From Selaginella moellendorffii (taxonomy: Eukaryota > Plantae > Lycopodiophyta): 64,000 nt of DNA. The stretch is taken from NCBI RefSeq assembly GCF_000143415.4, contig NW_003314289.1:1854293-1918292 (forward strand), read 5' to 3'. Every line of letters begins with the position of its first letter. The stretch's first letter is position 1. Of this stretch, positions 1-11,459 are shown one piece after another. The position numbers were made by a program, and so were the translations under genes. The notes under the pieces are model-generated. The model had not been told where the DNA came from. It did not search any database and was given only the letters and a program-made list of their open reading frames with translations.

Positions 1-2400
1 ATAGATGATGTCACTACAAAAATAGTATTGAAACTGGCAGAGTAGAATAAATAGAGAAGTAGCAAGCAATCCAGCTCTGCTGGAATAGATACGAAAATTG
101 TTGGTTGGTGATATAATTCTATTTGTAGCCAATGGTTTTTGGGTTAATGATTCTGTTTTGCAGCAACCCTGTCCCTTGCAATCTTCTATAAAGATTAAAA
201 TTCAATTTTTTTATGTTCCCTTCAAAAGAAAGTAACAGAAAACTTGACCATGGCCGAAAATTAATCTTAGCAGTAAGATGTTAATGTTTTGCAGTGTTTA
301 TTTTTAGGATTTACATATTGTGATTTACAGAAAATGCAAGCTTTATAGGAAATTGGCACCTTTTTAGAATGAATAGCATGTCTCAATCCATTGGTTTCAA
401 AGAGATCCTAGATAGGACTCTTTTGCTTTGGATATCATTGTATAAGATTTCAGCTTTGATTATGTTTTGGTAAAGAATCTTGGAGTTGGTACAGTGTTTC
501 TACAACATTGTGAAGATCTGTTATTCATTCAGATCTGTTTCTACAACAGATCCTTTAGGATCTGTTGCAGCTGCAAAACAAAAGCTCAACTCTTCTAGAG
601 GCTGCTCATCGTGACTACAGACCTTGTGCATGCACACTTCCCTAGCACACTTCCCCAAACTTGCAAAACTTTTTGTGCTCCAACCAGTTCTCTTTAATTT
701 GACATTCCTTGGAGCAATAGCTCACAAGAAAGCATCCAGCAAGTTGTTGTACAAAAGTTGCTTCATGAGCCCTATTTCTAGTTGGAGCATTACTTAGGAG
801 AATTACAATGTAGCCAGTCTTTATGTTTAGCTTGTGAGGGGGCAGTTATCAAGTTTAAAAACTCCAAGGATTTTTTCATCTGTTTCTATTTCTATGATAT
901 CAATGCTTATTGTGCAGACTTCCACCCCAAGAGATGCATGTTTTGTGATAGACTTGGGTTGTCTGGCTCTCTATATTTTCTAAACAATTTTCTCTAGTAG
1001 TGGATGTTAGTGGCAGTCTGACAAATGTCTTTGTTGAATTTTGTAGGAGGTGTAGGGAGCCTAGTCTCACAAGCCAATTTGACTTTCTTTTGGGTTCACT
1101 TGCATGAGCAACAAGAATTTCAGGAGTTTCTATATTGGTGAAGCTTTTTAACGATTTGAGTGTGACAGGCCCTGGGGTCATTTTGTATTAACTCAAATTG
1201 CTCAGAAAGTGAATTTGCAATTTAAAGACGAGGCTTCCCACATTTGAATGCTGGATCCATTGCCAGGGAGAAGGGAGAAGCTTGCCACTGTTGAGAGGCA
1301 CTTAGAAGAGGTGGACCTTGACATGCAAGACTACAAGGAGCTGGTGCAAGCAAGAAGAGATCATCTAGTAAAGACTTGCAAAACAACCTTTAAATAGTTT
1401 ATATGTGATTAAATATGGAAATTCTATATTTATATTTATTTATTTTGCTTTTACAGAAACAGAAAGCTTAATTAATATAAAAAACATTTTAGATTTAGTT
1501 TAAGTTAAAATTTTCTTATCTATACTTTTTTTTATCATTTACACAAGAAACTCAGCTTCTTACTAAGCAAGGTAGAGAATAATTTGTGACTTCGTCTCAA
1601 TGTTAAAAGAGGAATCTACATTGCGAAGCCAGTCAAACATGGGGAACCATAAAAGGCTGCGGGTCAGAGCATCCTACACAAAAATTCTTACACTTTCTAT
1701 TTCATTCACTACTTTTTGATATCAATCCATGGTTTTTCCAAAGTACCAGATCGCATTCTTGTATATCCATAGAGAGAGTGGTGACATTGCCTTCGTCTCA
1801 CAATCTGCGTCCAGCCAAGCGAAGTGTGATTTCTTGTTCTCTTCCATGGTTCCGAGTGACAAGGCACAGGATTTAGAGGCGCCCAAGTACACCATGTCCA
1901 TGCTTGGAACTGACTCGTGCTCTTCATGACAAGCCACCGTCTACGAGAGATACATGAGAGATATATTGGGAATCATGAGTTATTTGGCGTCTCTCCTGCT
2001 GGACAATCGTCATGACCAGGGATTGCCTTCTGCAGAGCCACGACTACTCGTCTCGGTACTCCGACCACCACCGGCGCTTTGTAGTGTCGCCTCGCCACCT
2101 TGTGCTTCCGCAAGCACCGCCTAGAGAACCTTGACTCCCTTGCTTGCGCAAAGCATGGACACCACCGTCAACTTATCAGCCATCACTGGAAGATCATGGC
2201 ATTTCACCTTACCTCGTCTCCCCGTGTGCACTAGGTTCCCGTCGAGCAACTCTGCCGGGCCTCGTCATACGTAAAGTCGAGCATCTGAACACAGTGCTGC
2301 CCTCACTAGCTCGCCATCGGAGCCACTCTATAAGAAGCCCTGGTGACAATGCTTGCTTGCTTGTCATCTTATCACAAGATTCAGTGACAAAACTTTCAGC
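1..2400. repeat. AT-rich, ORF-poor interval, probably decayed transposon-derived sequence
   Basis: No long ORF and many stops. CACTACAAAAA at 12-22 and TTTGTAGTG at 2078-2086 resemble CACTA termini, but the 3-bp flanks differ (TGT vs TCG). Confidence 0.25.
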
Positions 2401-2467
2401 TGAAAAAGGAGGCCACTCCCTCCCAGGCAGGCCTATTTACATACGTAAGCTATAGCGTGGCGACGAT

Positions 2468-3840
2468 CTAGAAGGCACCGGCACCATGCTCCACTCGGAC
2501 TACGAGCTCCTGCGCAAGAGACACACCAAAGTGTGAGACACACGACTTGAGTAGAATCTCCCTCCCAGCTTCCCTGTTCTTGGCGCCGCGAAGCAGCTGT
2601 GACTGCAAGCGCAAGCACGAGTGAAACACGAGCTTGCTGTTGGCATAACGATGCACGGCGTCCATGATCACCTCGGCGTCCGGGAGAACTGACTGGATCC
2701 CCTCCTTGTAGTATAAGAATCCATAGGCAGACCGGATGATCTGCCTGTTCTCGACGCTCAACTCGCGGCTGCGTCGTAGAGACTCCTCGACTTCACGGAC
2801 ATTGATCTCGCTGGCGTCTTGCTGCGGCTGTGGAAGAATCTTGGCCTCAAGCGTACACTTAACGCATTGGCAGTCAAAGGTGCTCTCCTCGTTGCCGAGA
2901 TGTCTGAGGCACGAGACTCGGCTGCGAAGTGGGCCGTCACCGTAGCTCGAGAGCAGCTCCTCGCCGGGCTTGAGATCGCGAGCCGCGCGGCAGAAGAGCG
3001 TGAATCCCACAACCCGGAGGGTGATCGTCGGCACGCAGCAATGGTTGATCAGTGTGAGGAGCGGCCAGAGCACGTTGCGCGGGGACAAGCTTGGATGGCC
3101 TCGTTCTGTGTAGGCGCGCACCACGGCTTCCACCCGGCTCTCCAGCTCCGGATCCACGGCAGTGGAGAGATCGCCCATGTAGTCCTCCATGTCTCCGGAA
3201 GGGACGAGCAAGCTGTTTGGAGGAGGAGCCGAGCTCCTGCTCGCTCCATCCAGGTAGTGGAGGAGCTCGGCCACCCTGGAAAGGTCGCTGACCTTGTTGA
3301 GGATGTCCTGCTTGAGCGAGAGATCGTTGAAATAGTCCTCCATCGCCAGCGGCCTGGTGGCAAAGATGAGATCGCCCGCTTTCAAGGCTTTGGTAGCGAA
3401 CAGTCCCCGGCCATGAAGCTCGGATGCTTGGCACTGGAAATCCCCGAAGAAATCCGCCATCTGTGGCACACCGGCAGTGGAGAGAAGCATGTTGTAGCCT
3501 GGGCATGGAATCGGCCACAGCGTGATCCTGCCCAAGCTCCCATCTTGGGTCATGAATGCACCGCTGGAGAAGTACGCAAGGAGAGGCCGATCGTAGTTGC
3601 CGGTGATCGCCTGTGTCTTGAGCTCCTCCGCAACGCCGAGGAGCTCGATCATGTCGCTGCTGGAGCTCTGCGTGATCTCCACTCCCGCGCTCAGGGTAGA
3701 GAATGCAAGCTCGTACTCCCCCAGTCCGAGCAAGGATTTTGCTTTCCCGATGATCGCTGGAACGCTCCAGGGATCCATGGCGAGGATCGCGAGCGCAGCT
3801 TGCAACGCCTCGCAGTACTTCCCCTCTCGGATCAGCGCAT
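2468..3840 (-). CDS. TPR + SET-domain (SMYD-like) methyltransferase, copy A; 5' end uncertain
   Basis: TPR-like N-part (AIIGKAKSLLGLGEYELA), SET motifs GRGLFATKALKAGDLIF and LINHCCVP..RAARDLKPGEELLSSY, post-SET CQCVKC. An acceptor TTGCAG at about 3841 matches the position of the acceptor in copy B. The first in-frame ATG is at 3778. Confidence 0.8.
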
Positions 3841-4228
3841 CTGCAAGAAAGTCCTCGCAAGCAATGGCGAGCGAAACAGAAAGAAGCCCATGAATTTCCA
3901 CGGAGGCTTGCAAGATCTTCACTAACCGATAGACATCTCTTGCCGGGATCAAGAAATGCGCCTTACCGCCCTCCCGCTCGAGCTGGGCTCGCTCCTCTGT
4001 CCGTACCGAGCGGCCCAAATACGCGTACGAAAGTGACCATATAACCGTTTGCCCTAAAACATTTTCACGTCTACACGTGTGCTTTTTCACGATTCCGGTA
4101 AGCTTTTCTTTTTGCCACTAGAGCTATAGCTATTAGTGGTTTTCTTTATTTCATCCAGAAGTACAAGAAAATCACAACCCGCTAGATAAGAAATATTTTA
4201 AAACTTTGAATGATATAATTAGATTACT

Positions 4229-4905
4229 TTACGATGAAGTAAGCCCTAAACCCAAACAATCTACTAACAGTGCAACCGGTGGCAATCCTGCCGAAGCCAC
4301 AAGATCCACAGTAACATCCGAGCTACTGCAAGAGTTGGGATCAGGATACCAAAATGGGTTTTCGCTGTCATTGCTGCAACGCACTGGAAGTATACCCTCG
4401 TCTGTGATCTTGAACAAGTGCCTGTCGACAGGCAGGGTTCCAAGAGCCCGGATAGTTTCCGCCATTCTACCCAGACGAGTGCCGGATGACGGTCTCGCCT
4501 TCATTACATACGGCCAGCCTCCTCTTATTATTCCAAGCCTGTCGAAGTCTTGGCCTCGCATGGCCACCATAAACATGTTGTTGTTCGTGTGATTGGCGAA
4601 ATCACGCAGGTTCTCCTCAGTAACCAGTGAAGCGGCTGCAACCAGAAGCCTTCCATGCTCATCAAGAACGAAAATCGGCTGCAAATGGAATAGCAAAAGC
4701 CTTTTTAAGAAGGAGAAAGAAATGACAAATATGAAAGAAAAAGGAAAACAAGAAAGATTTTTCCCACCTTTCCCTGTCGAAGGTCACGAAGAACATCCGG
4801 GTTGGGTGTGAGGCCTTCGTTCCGCGAGTGTGCTTTGCAGATCCCGGACACCCTCTTGGCTGGCAGCGTGATGGGCGCGTGTTTGATCAGCCAGTTACAC
4901 TCCAT
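4229..4905 (-). CDS. Divergent DHBP synthase (RibB)-fold protein, catalytic motifs lost; 2 exons (4905-4768, 4678-4229)
   Basis: A GT-AG intron at 4767-4679 joins DVLRDLRQGK to PIFVLDEHGRLLVAAASLVTEENL..DFDRLG..AETIRAL..TVDLVASAGLPPVALL. This is colinear with the RibB consensus (AIEDLRxGKPVIVVD..GDLVxAAE..DRLGL..ARTIRAL..AVDLARLAGLPPAGV). Confidence 0.65.
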
Positions 4906-5118
4906 CCTAGGAAAGTTAAGGGCTGGCAAAACTCGATTATAAAGGGTCGTGATTTTGTGAGCGTACGGATCGCCAAAAAGGTACGGACAGAGCTAGGGCT
5001 TAGTCTATTAGTAAAATACATCTCTACTATGTATTCCATGTGTATATTGTATGAGAGACGGTCTCATATACGTGCCCGATACAAGAAAACACGCTGGCTC
5101 AAAACGATTTTGGGCCAC

Positions 5119-5190
5119 GATCGAGCGCAGCACGAGGCCGCCGCCATTGATCGAGCGCAACGCGAGGGCGCGGCCAGTGATCGAGCGCGA
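5119..5190 (+). repeat. 30-bp tandem repeat (GATCGAGCGC core, about 2.4 units) just upstream of the SET copy B ATG
   Basis: GATCGAGCGC occurs at 5119, 5149 and 5179. Confidence 0.75.
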
Positions 5191-5201
5191 TCCTTCACGA
5201 A

Positions 5202-6628
5202 ATGGCGATCGGTAAGCGGCTAGTGATTGGATTGGATTGCATTTGCTGGCTGGCTGTTGCGCCGCAGATGGATTGCTTCGGGAGGAGCGATACTGCGAGG
5301 CGCTGAGGGCGTCATTTGCCATCCTCGCCATCGATCCGTGGAGCATCGAGGCAATTCTTGGCACGGCGCGATCCCTCATCGGCCTGGGCGAGTACGAGCA
5401 TGCATGCGCTACCCTGAGCACGGGAATGGAGGCCACGGACAGCTCCAGCCACGAAATGGTGGAGCTCCTCGCCGTCGCGGAGCAGCTCAAGGCACAGTCC
5501 ACCACCGGCGACTTCGATCAGCCGCTGCGCGCCTACTTCTCCAGCGCCGCGTTCCGGACCGAGAGTGCACGAGCCGGCGGGGTGTCGGACGGCGCCTTTG
5601 TGTTCTCCGAGATTCCGGTGCCACCAATGGCGGAGTTCCTGGGCGAGTTCCAGTGCGCGCCCTCCACACTCCATGGCCGGGGCTTGTTCGCGACCAAAGA
5701 TCTGGAAGCCGGAGATCTCATCTTCGCCACCAAGCCGATCGCGATTGCCAGGGGCGGAGCATCACTCAAGCAGGCCGTCCTCGAGAAAGCAAAGATGCCA
5801 AGGGTGGCGGAACTACTTCAGTATCTTCCAGGCGGGAACAGCGCCGCGGCCTCCCTCCCCGTGAGCTTGCTCCATCCCTCTGGGAACCTGGAAGACTACC
5901 TGGATGATGATGATGGCCACGAAGAGGCAGCAGGGCTGGAGAGGGTGGTGGACGCTTACATGGCTGCCGGGCACAAGTCCGTGTGCCCGGACAACGTCTT
6001 GTGGCCGCTGTTGACGCTCATCAACCACAGTTGCATACCGAGCGTCACGCTCCGGGTCGTCGGGACTACCCTCTTCTGCAGAGCTGCCAGGGATCTCAAG
6101 GCGGGCGAGGAGCTCCTGGTGAGCTACTATGGCGGGAGTCTCAAGAGCAGGCTCACGTCACTCATCTGGCCGTCGAGGCCCGAGGACATCATCGTTTGCA
6201 AGTGCCGGAAGTGCGAGCTTGAGACGAAGATCCCGGTGCTGTATCCTTACCCAGGCTTTGGCAAATGGATCCAGAGGGACGACGTGGAGCGGATGTGTTT
6301 GATGGAAGAGTTTGTGCTCCATAACGATTTCAGCTCCGAAGACAAGCAAGTGGTCCGGTCCGGGTTTGCGCGGCACTACTACACTGGAGGCCGGCCTTGC
6401 GTCTACGTCCGAGTTCCCACGGCGGAGGTGGTCATGGAGGCCGTGCTCCGGTATGGCTGCACCGGCGGCTTCAACTCGTGCCTTGGCTTGCAATCGCGGC
6501 TGCTACGACACGCCACCGACAAGGCAGCCGCAAGAGAGCTCTTGCTCCAGTCTTGCATCACGCACTTTGGTCAGGCGCTGGCGCGCGAGCTCCTTGTCCG
6601 TGTCGAGTATGGCCTTGGTCACTTCTAG
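5202..6628 (+). CDS. TPR + SET-domain (SMYD-like) methyltransferase, copy B; exons 5202-5211 and 5268-6628
   Basis: ATG GCG ATC G|GTAAGC...CCGCAG|AT gives MAIDGLLREE. Motifs GRGLFATKDLEAGDLIF, LINHSCIP, GEELLVSY, CKCRKC. Alignable with copy A along its length. Confidence 0.85.
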
Positions 6629-6659
6629 GATCCCAAAGGTATCTACTGACTGATTGATT

Positions 6660-7275
6660 GCTTTGATCTCACTCTCGTCACAGGAGAGTGTGCGCAGCGG
6701 AGTCATCGATGCGTACTGTTTCTTTAACACGCCAGCAACGAGTCCACCTCCTCCTGTTGTCGTTCTGGCATTGCTTGGAAACTCGGACCTCAGCAGCTCA
6801 GCCATGCTGGAAACGCCTCCCAGCGCAGAGTGTGCCTCTGATCGACTTTGAGCAAACTGGCAGTCCAGAGGTGGTGGAGCGCTGTTTCTTTGTCAGCGTA
6901 TTGAGAACATCGTGTTCGTTCGTTGCGTTCTCGGTCAACAGGGAAATGCTTGGAGAGCAATCTAAGAATCTCATTGACAATCACTGTGCAGCGACGAGTA
7001 GAATGGAATTGCATCAGAAAGTCTACAAAAAAGCAGCTTTCATTCACCTGATCGAAAGCGCAGCTGCGATGGGAATGACAGTAACCACCGGATTTTGCTT
7101 TGGCGACTTTTGAAATTCTGGAGTCGTTGGTTGAAAGCTCGGCTGGAGGCAAGGCTGTGTCCAGAAAACCCAGAGGAAGAGCCGGCAAGGCAAACCTGCA
7201 AAAACACCATGACTAGAAAAGTTGCGCCACCAAGTACCTGTTGGCATAGCTGGAAAAAAGGACCAGTGCCAGGGA
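6660..7275 (+). pseudogene. Degenerate sequence of unknown origin, inverted homolog of 11460-12050
   Basis: TGGAGGCAAGGCTGTGTCCAGAAAA..GAAGAGCCGG (7144-7185) matches the reverse complement of about 11650-11690. CAAGTACCTG, CATAGCTGGAAA and ACCAGTGCCA are also shared. Confidence 0.45.
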
Positions 7276-8129
7276 TGGCTACCGCGGATGATCCTGTCCA
7301 AAAGGAAAGTCACGACACACCGCTTTCGGAGCACGCGTTCCTCTCTTTGCTTACCCGATAGGAAGAACTTCATGGAGAAGATACCACGGCGTAAGTCCCC
7401 ACGTAGAGCCAGCCCCATGCCCAAATATCTAGCTCACGATTCAACATAAATCCCATTGGAGAAGACCAGTAGCGAGCAATCGTCGTCAGGACAGTCTCGA
7501 TGCTACTGGATGAGTGCGAAAAGGAAGGTGAACCAGTTGACGAGCTGGCAAAACATCTGCATAAAATAGTTTATGAGCTTTCCTCTCATTTTTTTCAGAT
7601 GGATTACTTACTGTCCACTTTGCAACACGGTCACCAAATGCTCGACGAGCGAACTTCCACAAGTAAACATCACCGGCTGCGGCCATGAGACACTGGAAAA
7701 GCCTTGGCGACCACGTCGAACATGGTATTCATGATCAAGCTAGAAGGATTAAAACTCTCTCGCAAACGAAAGCTCAAGTTTGATCGAGCTTACCATGAAC
7801 CACGTCACTCCATTCCCAACCTAGACGTCCATAGCTAGACAAAGAAAACAAGTTGAGTAGTATGAGAGATTTGTTTTTGATCATACCCGAAGACTGCGAT
7901 GCACAACTTCGAGTGCTTGCCGGTGCTCGTCCGGAGTCTTATGCACAGAGCAGCCAAATACCAAGCGCCGATTGCTCGCTGCCAAGAACTCTTTCATCGA
8001 AGAAGAGAATTCTCAAAAGAAATGTAAGACATGAAGGTTCGAACCGTAACGAAGCTGCTACAGTACATAAAGTGACCCTTGGGCCGGTCTATGGATTGAT
8101 CCCAATGGTTGGTCCAAAACGATTAATCG

Positions 8130-10835
8130 CTAGTCATCGTCCAAAACAATGACGACCGGATCCATCTGTTTTGCTTCAGCGGCAGCGACCTTGCTTCCTC
8201 TCGTTCTCTTTGCAATGCTGGAGCTCCCCACAGCGCTTCTCTTGCCATTTTTCACACGACGATCCTGTCATTGACAAAACGTTTCGTGAGAGCTTCTCAT
8301 AAGAAAAGAAGACAGCTTCACCTTAGCTTTTTTCTCTGCTTCTTTGGCCATCGAAGCTTCTTCCTTTGCAGTGGTGTCAACTGCAATGTCCTTGTCCACC
8401 GTAACACTCGTGTCCTGCAATACCAGACTTCAGCATTTCCACAAAAATGAAAAGCCAAATCATACCAAGCGTCCAAAACGATCCCCGAGCTTGTCGTCTT
8501 TCTGCTCTACATTGGCTTCTTTGGCTTCTTCGACTTCGTCACCAGCCTCTTTGGCTTCTTCGACTTCGTCACCAGCCTCTTTGGCTTCTTCGACTTCGTT
8601 ATCAGCCTCTTTGGCTTCTTCGGCTTCGTCATCATCATCGTCACCATCTTCAGCGTCGGCATCGCGATTTTCCTCTTCCGTCTTCATAAGGTCGGCTATG
8701 GCAGCTTTCAGCTTTTGGATGACATCATCCATATCGTTGTTGACCTGATGAAGCATACTTCAAAAACTTCCACCAGCGTCCGATATAAACAAAACTTACT
8801 GCGGGGGCTTCCAGGAAATCAGCGATGTCCTTGTTGCACTGAGGACACGGCTTCTGGTTCTTTCGAACTCTGAGGGATCGTCGGCCATTTGCCCTGTCTC
8901 GAACGTCCTTGTGACCAGCGAAATGACCAACCAAACAGGCCTGACAAAAGTTGTGCCCACAAGGAGCGCAAAGCGGACGTTGCAATACGTTTTTGCAAAG
9001 CCCACATCCAAATTCTATAAAACATTGTCGTAAGTACTATGATTTAAACAAGTGGAGATGAACACGTACTGGTCTTAAGCTCCTTCTCCTTCGAAGAGAC
9101 ACTTCTCTTCCGGGCAGATGAAGGATTAACGTCCCTGAAACTTGGAGGCGGCTTAATCCAACCCCAGACGTTCTCATCCTCCTAAACCTGCCATTGTCAA
9201 GAGCATACTGAAAGCAAATAAAGCATTCTCCACCTTCCAGTCCCAAGACGGCAGTTGCGTCTTCCTTTCTTTGACGTCCGTTGCATCTTTAAGCTCTGTA
9301 ATCTCTGGAAGTGGACGTGGCCGATCACCGTAGTCCTCACTAACCACCAAAAGTTTCAGAGAAAATTCACTGTAGATTTACACACACACACACCTTGTCC
9401 AGGGTGCCGGTTCGTTGTCACACCTGACGAACAAGTATCGGCACACGCGAAACCCCTGATGCACGACTTAGCAAAGATTACAGTGAACAGAATTCTTACC
9501 TTAAGACCAATCTTTCGCCAGCATCTCTCAATTCTGTACAGTCCATCGTACCTCAAGCCTTCTTGAGGTGCGTAAGCAGAACGAACGTCTTTGGCCGACC
9601 TGGACAAACACATTTCAGATGGTGCAGAAAAGAAAGAAAATCTCACCGCACAACACGCACTGGATAGCCTTTCAAACAGCTCACCGACAGAGCTTTATTT
9701 GATTTCGAAAAAACCTGATCGAAAGACTGATCATTGGTTCTTTTGTTCCCACTCAAATCTCGACCACCACTGCAACGAAAATGGAAATGTCAACAAAAAT
9801 GCGAATGCAGATATTAAGATCAATCTCACCTTCCAGTGTAAAGAAACCACTCTCCATGGTCCTCGTCGTCCTCGTAGCCACCAGACATGACTACTGATTG
9901 GGCACCTTTGTCGCTCTGCCCGGCGATTCCAGCGATGTGAGGCCTGTGAGCGCCCCACTGCCTACATTCCAGCCTATCGGTCCAAGTTTCGCCAACCAAG
10001 ACACCCTGGTTCCGCTCGGGATCATTCTCCGCTGGAATTGCCCCAAAGTGGTAGTGGCCTACTGTGACGAAGATCCTGCCACTCGACGCGTTCGCCAACC
10101 CGGCTTTCTTCGCTCTCTCGCTCTTGAAAGCCTTGTCGGGTCGGTTCTGGTTTTGAAGAACGTGAACGGCCTTGGAAGCTGGCGCAGTAGCTCCAATCTT
10201 TGCCATTCGAATGGCTTGTACGAGTAGGGGGTTGATCTTGGGCTGCTGTATAAAGCCTTGATGGAAGCTCACGCGGCATTTGCCGCATTTCTTCTGTCCC
10301 TGAGCAAACCACTTCTGGAGACACTTTAAACAGAAGTTGTGGCCGCATGGAGTCTACAGAAAAGAAAAAAGGAGAAGCAAAACTTAGTCTTTGTAGCTTA
10401 CGAAAAGAAAGAGCGAAGAAGAAAGAAAAAGCTTGCACATACCGTCACTGGGCGATCGAGCGAACCCTGGCAAAACACGCAAATGAGCTCGTCCTCATCG
10501 TCCTCCTTGCCGGCAGGAACAGCCCCATTGCTCAGTAACATCTGCCGCTGCGCTGCCTTCTGCGCATCTGAGAGAGAAGTATCGGCATTTATCTCCCGGA
10601 TCTTTCTCAGCAGCTCGTTCTCTCCACCGCTCGGCCCCGGCTTCTTGCTGTTGCTGGCCGGATCATCCGAGCAATCCGGGCACGTCCAGCCCGGAGAAAC
10701 ATCCGCCAAGGTCATCGGCGCCTTCAAGCATGGCAAGTGCCACACACACCCGCAGCTCCCGCAAGGCAGGGTTTCTTGCTCCGGCGGCTCCGTCTTGCAA
10801 ACCAGACACCTCCCATTCTCGCAAGCGAGCTCCAT
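8130..10835 (-). CDS. ORTH: ORTHRUS/VIM (UHRF1-like) E3 ubiquitin ligase: PHD-RING-SRA-RING, multi-exon
   Basis: PHD (CLVC..CGSC..WHLPCL..WTCPDC), RING1 (CVFC..PVTTPCGHNFCLKC), SRA (ECRQWGAHRPHIAGIAGQ..SGGYEDDEDHGEWFLYTG; RYDGLYRIERCW), RING2 (CGLC..PCGHNFCQAC..CPQC). Ends DPVVIVLDDD*. Confidence 0.93.
8512..8630 (-). repeat. 30-bp coding minisatellite encoding (DEVEEAKEAG)n in the ORTH tail
   Basis: TTGGCTTCTTCGACTTCGTCACCAGCCTCT is repeated about 3.5 times. Confidence 0.85.
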
Positions 10836-11459
10836 CGCCGCCACTCCCTCTTTCTTTCGCTGCCGAGCCGATCGAAGGAAAAAGGTCCTACCTCCAGCGA
10901 TGCCGCACTAGAATCCCGCTGGAAATCGCGATCCCTAGCCGCGCGCCGCTGGAATCGCCGACCTTTCGAAATAGCGGCTAGCCCTACCTATAGAAATGAT
11001 GATGGGGGTTTTATCGGTTATGTTTTTAAAGTTATTCCCGCCCTGCAACGCAATTGGTCCATTTCCATTCCCAGGAGCCCTAGATTCCTCCCTAAGGGCT
11101 TCTCGGTGGGAGCGATCGCAGCGGCCCAGCGGCACGGCATTCCTTTCTCGCTCGAGCTCCATGCTAAGCGCGCTCGCAATGCGCGAATTCTTGGAGGGTC
11201 TCGAAGAGGTACACGCTAGAATGTAACTCTATGCGTGGCATTGATCTCGCGTGCATACCAGCGCTGTCATCTGCCTATGCGTGGGAAGTTATCGCTCCGC
11301 GAATGCGCCAAATCCGAGGTGAGAGACGATGTGATGCTTCGTTTAACCTACATTGGCTTAAGCTTCCAGCGACTTTCTTTTTGGACAGATGTAAGGGAGA
11401 TGGATATCTGTGCCACGGAGATTTTCCAGTTTAACTTCGTTTCTGGTGGTGGTGGCTTT

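Noticed and set aside
12-2086. Complete CACTA element bounded by CACTACAAA and TTTGTAGTG
   Set aside because: Only a 9-bp match, no 3-bp target-site duplication, and no transposase or subterminal repeats recognised.
2819-3925. 368-aa ORF antisense to SET copy A (similarly 38011-39108 and several ORFs antisense to EMS1, SUT and the PPR)
   Set aside because: Shadow ORFs expected from GC-rich codon usage on the opposite strand. No recognisable motifs.
3841-4090. N-terminal extension of the 540-aa SET ORF from a GTG start
   Set aside because: Non-ATG start in a eukaryote. It runs through intron-like and promoter-like sequence, and the paralog splices at this point.
8512-8630. CRISPR-like 30-bp repeats
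   Set aside because: Contiguous units without spacers, inside a eukaryotic coding exon.
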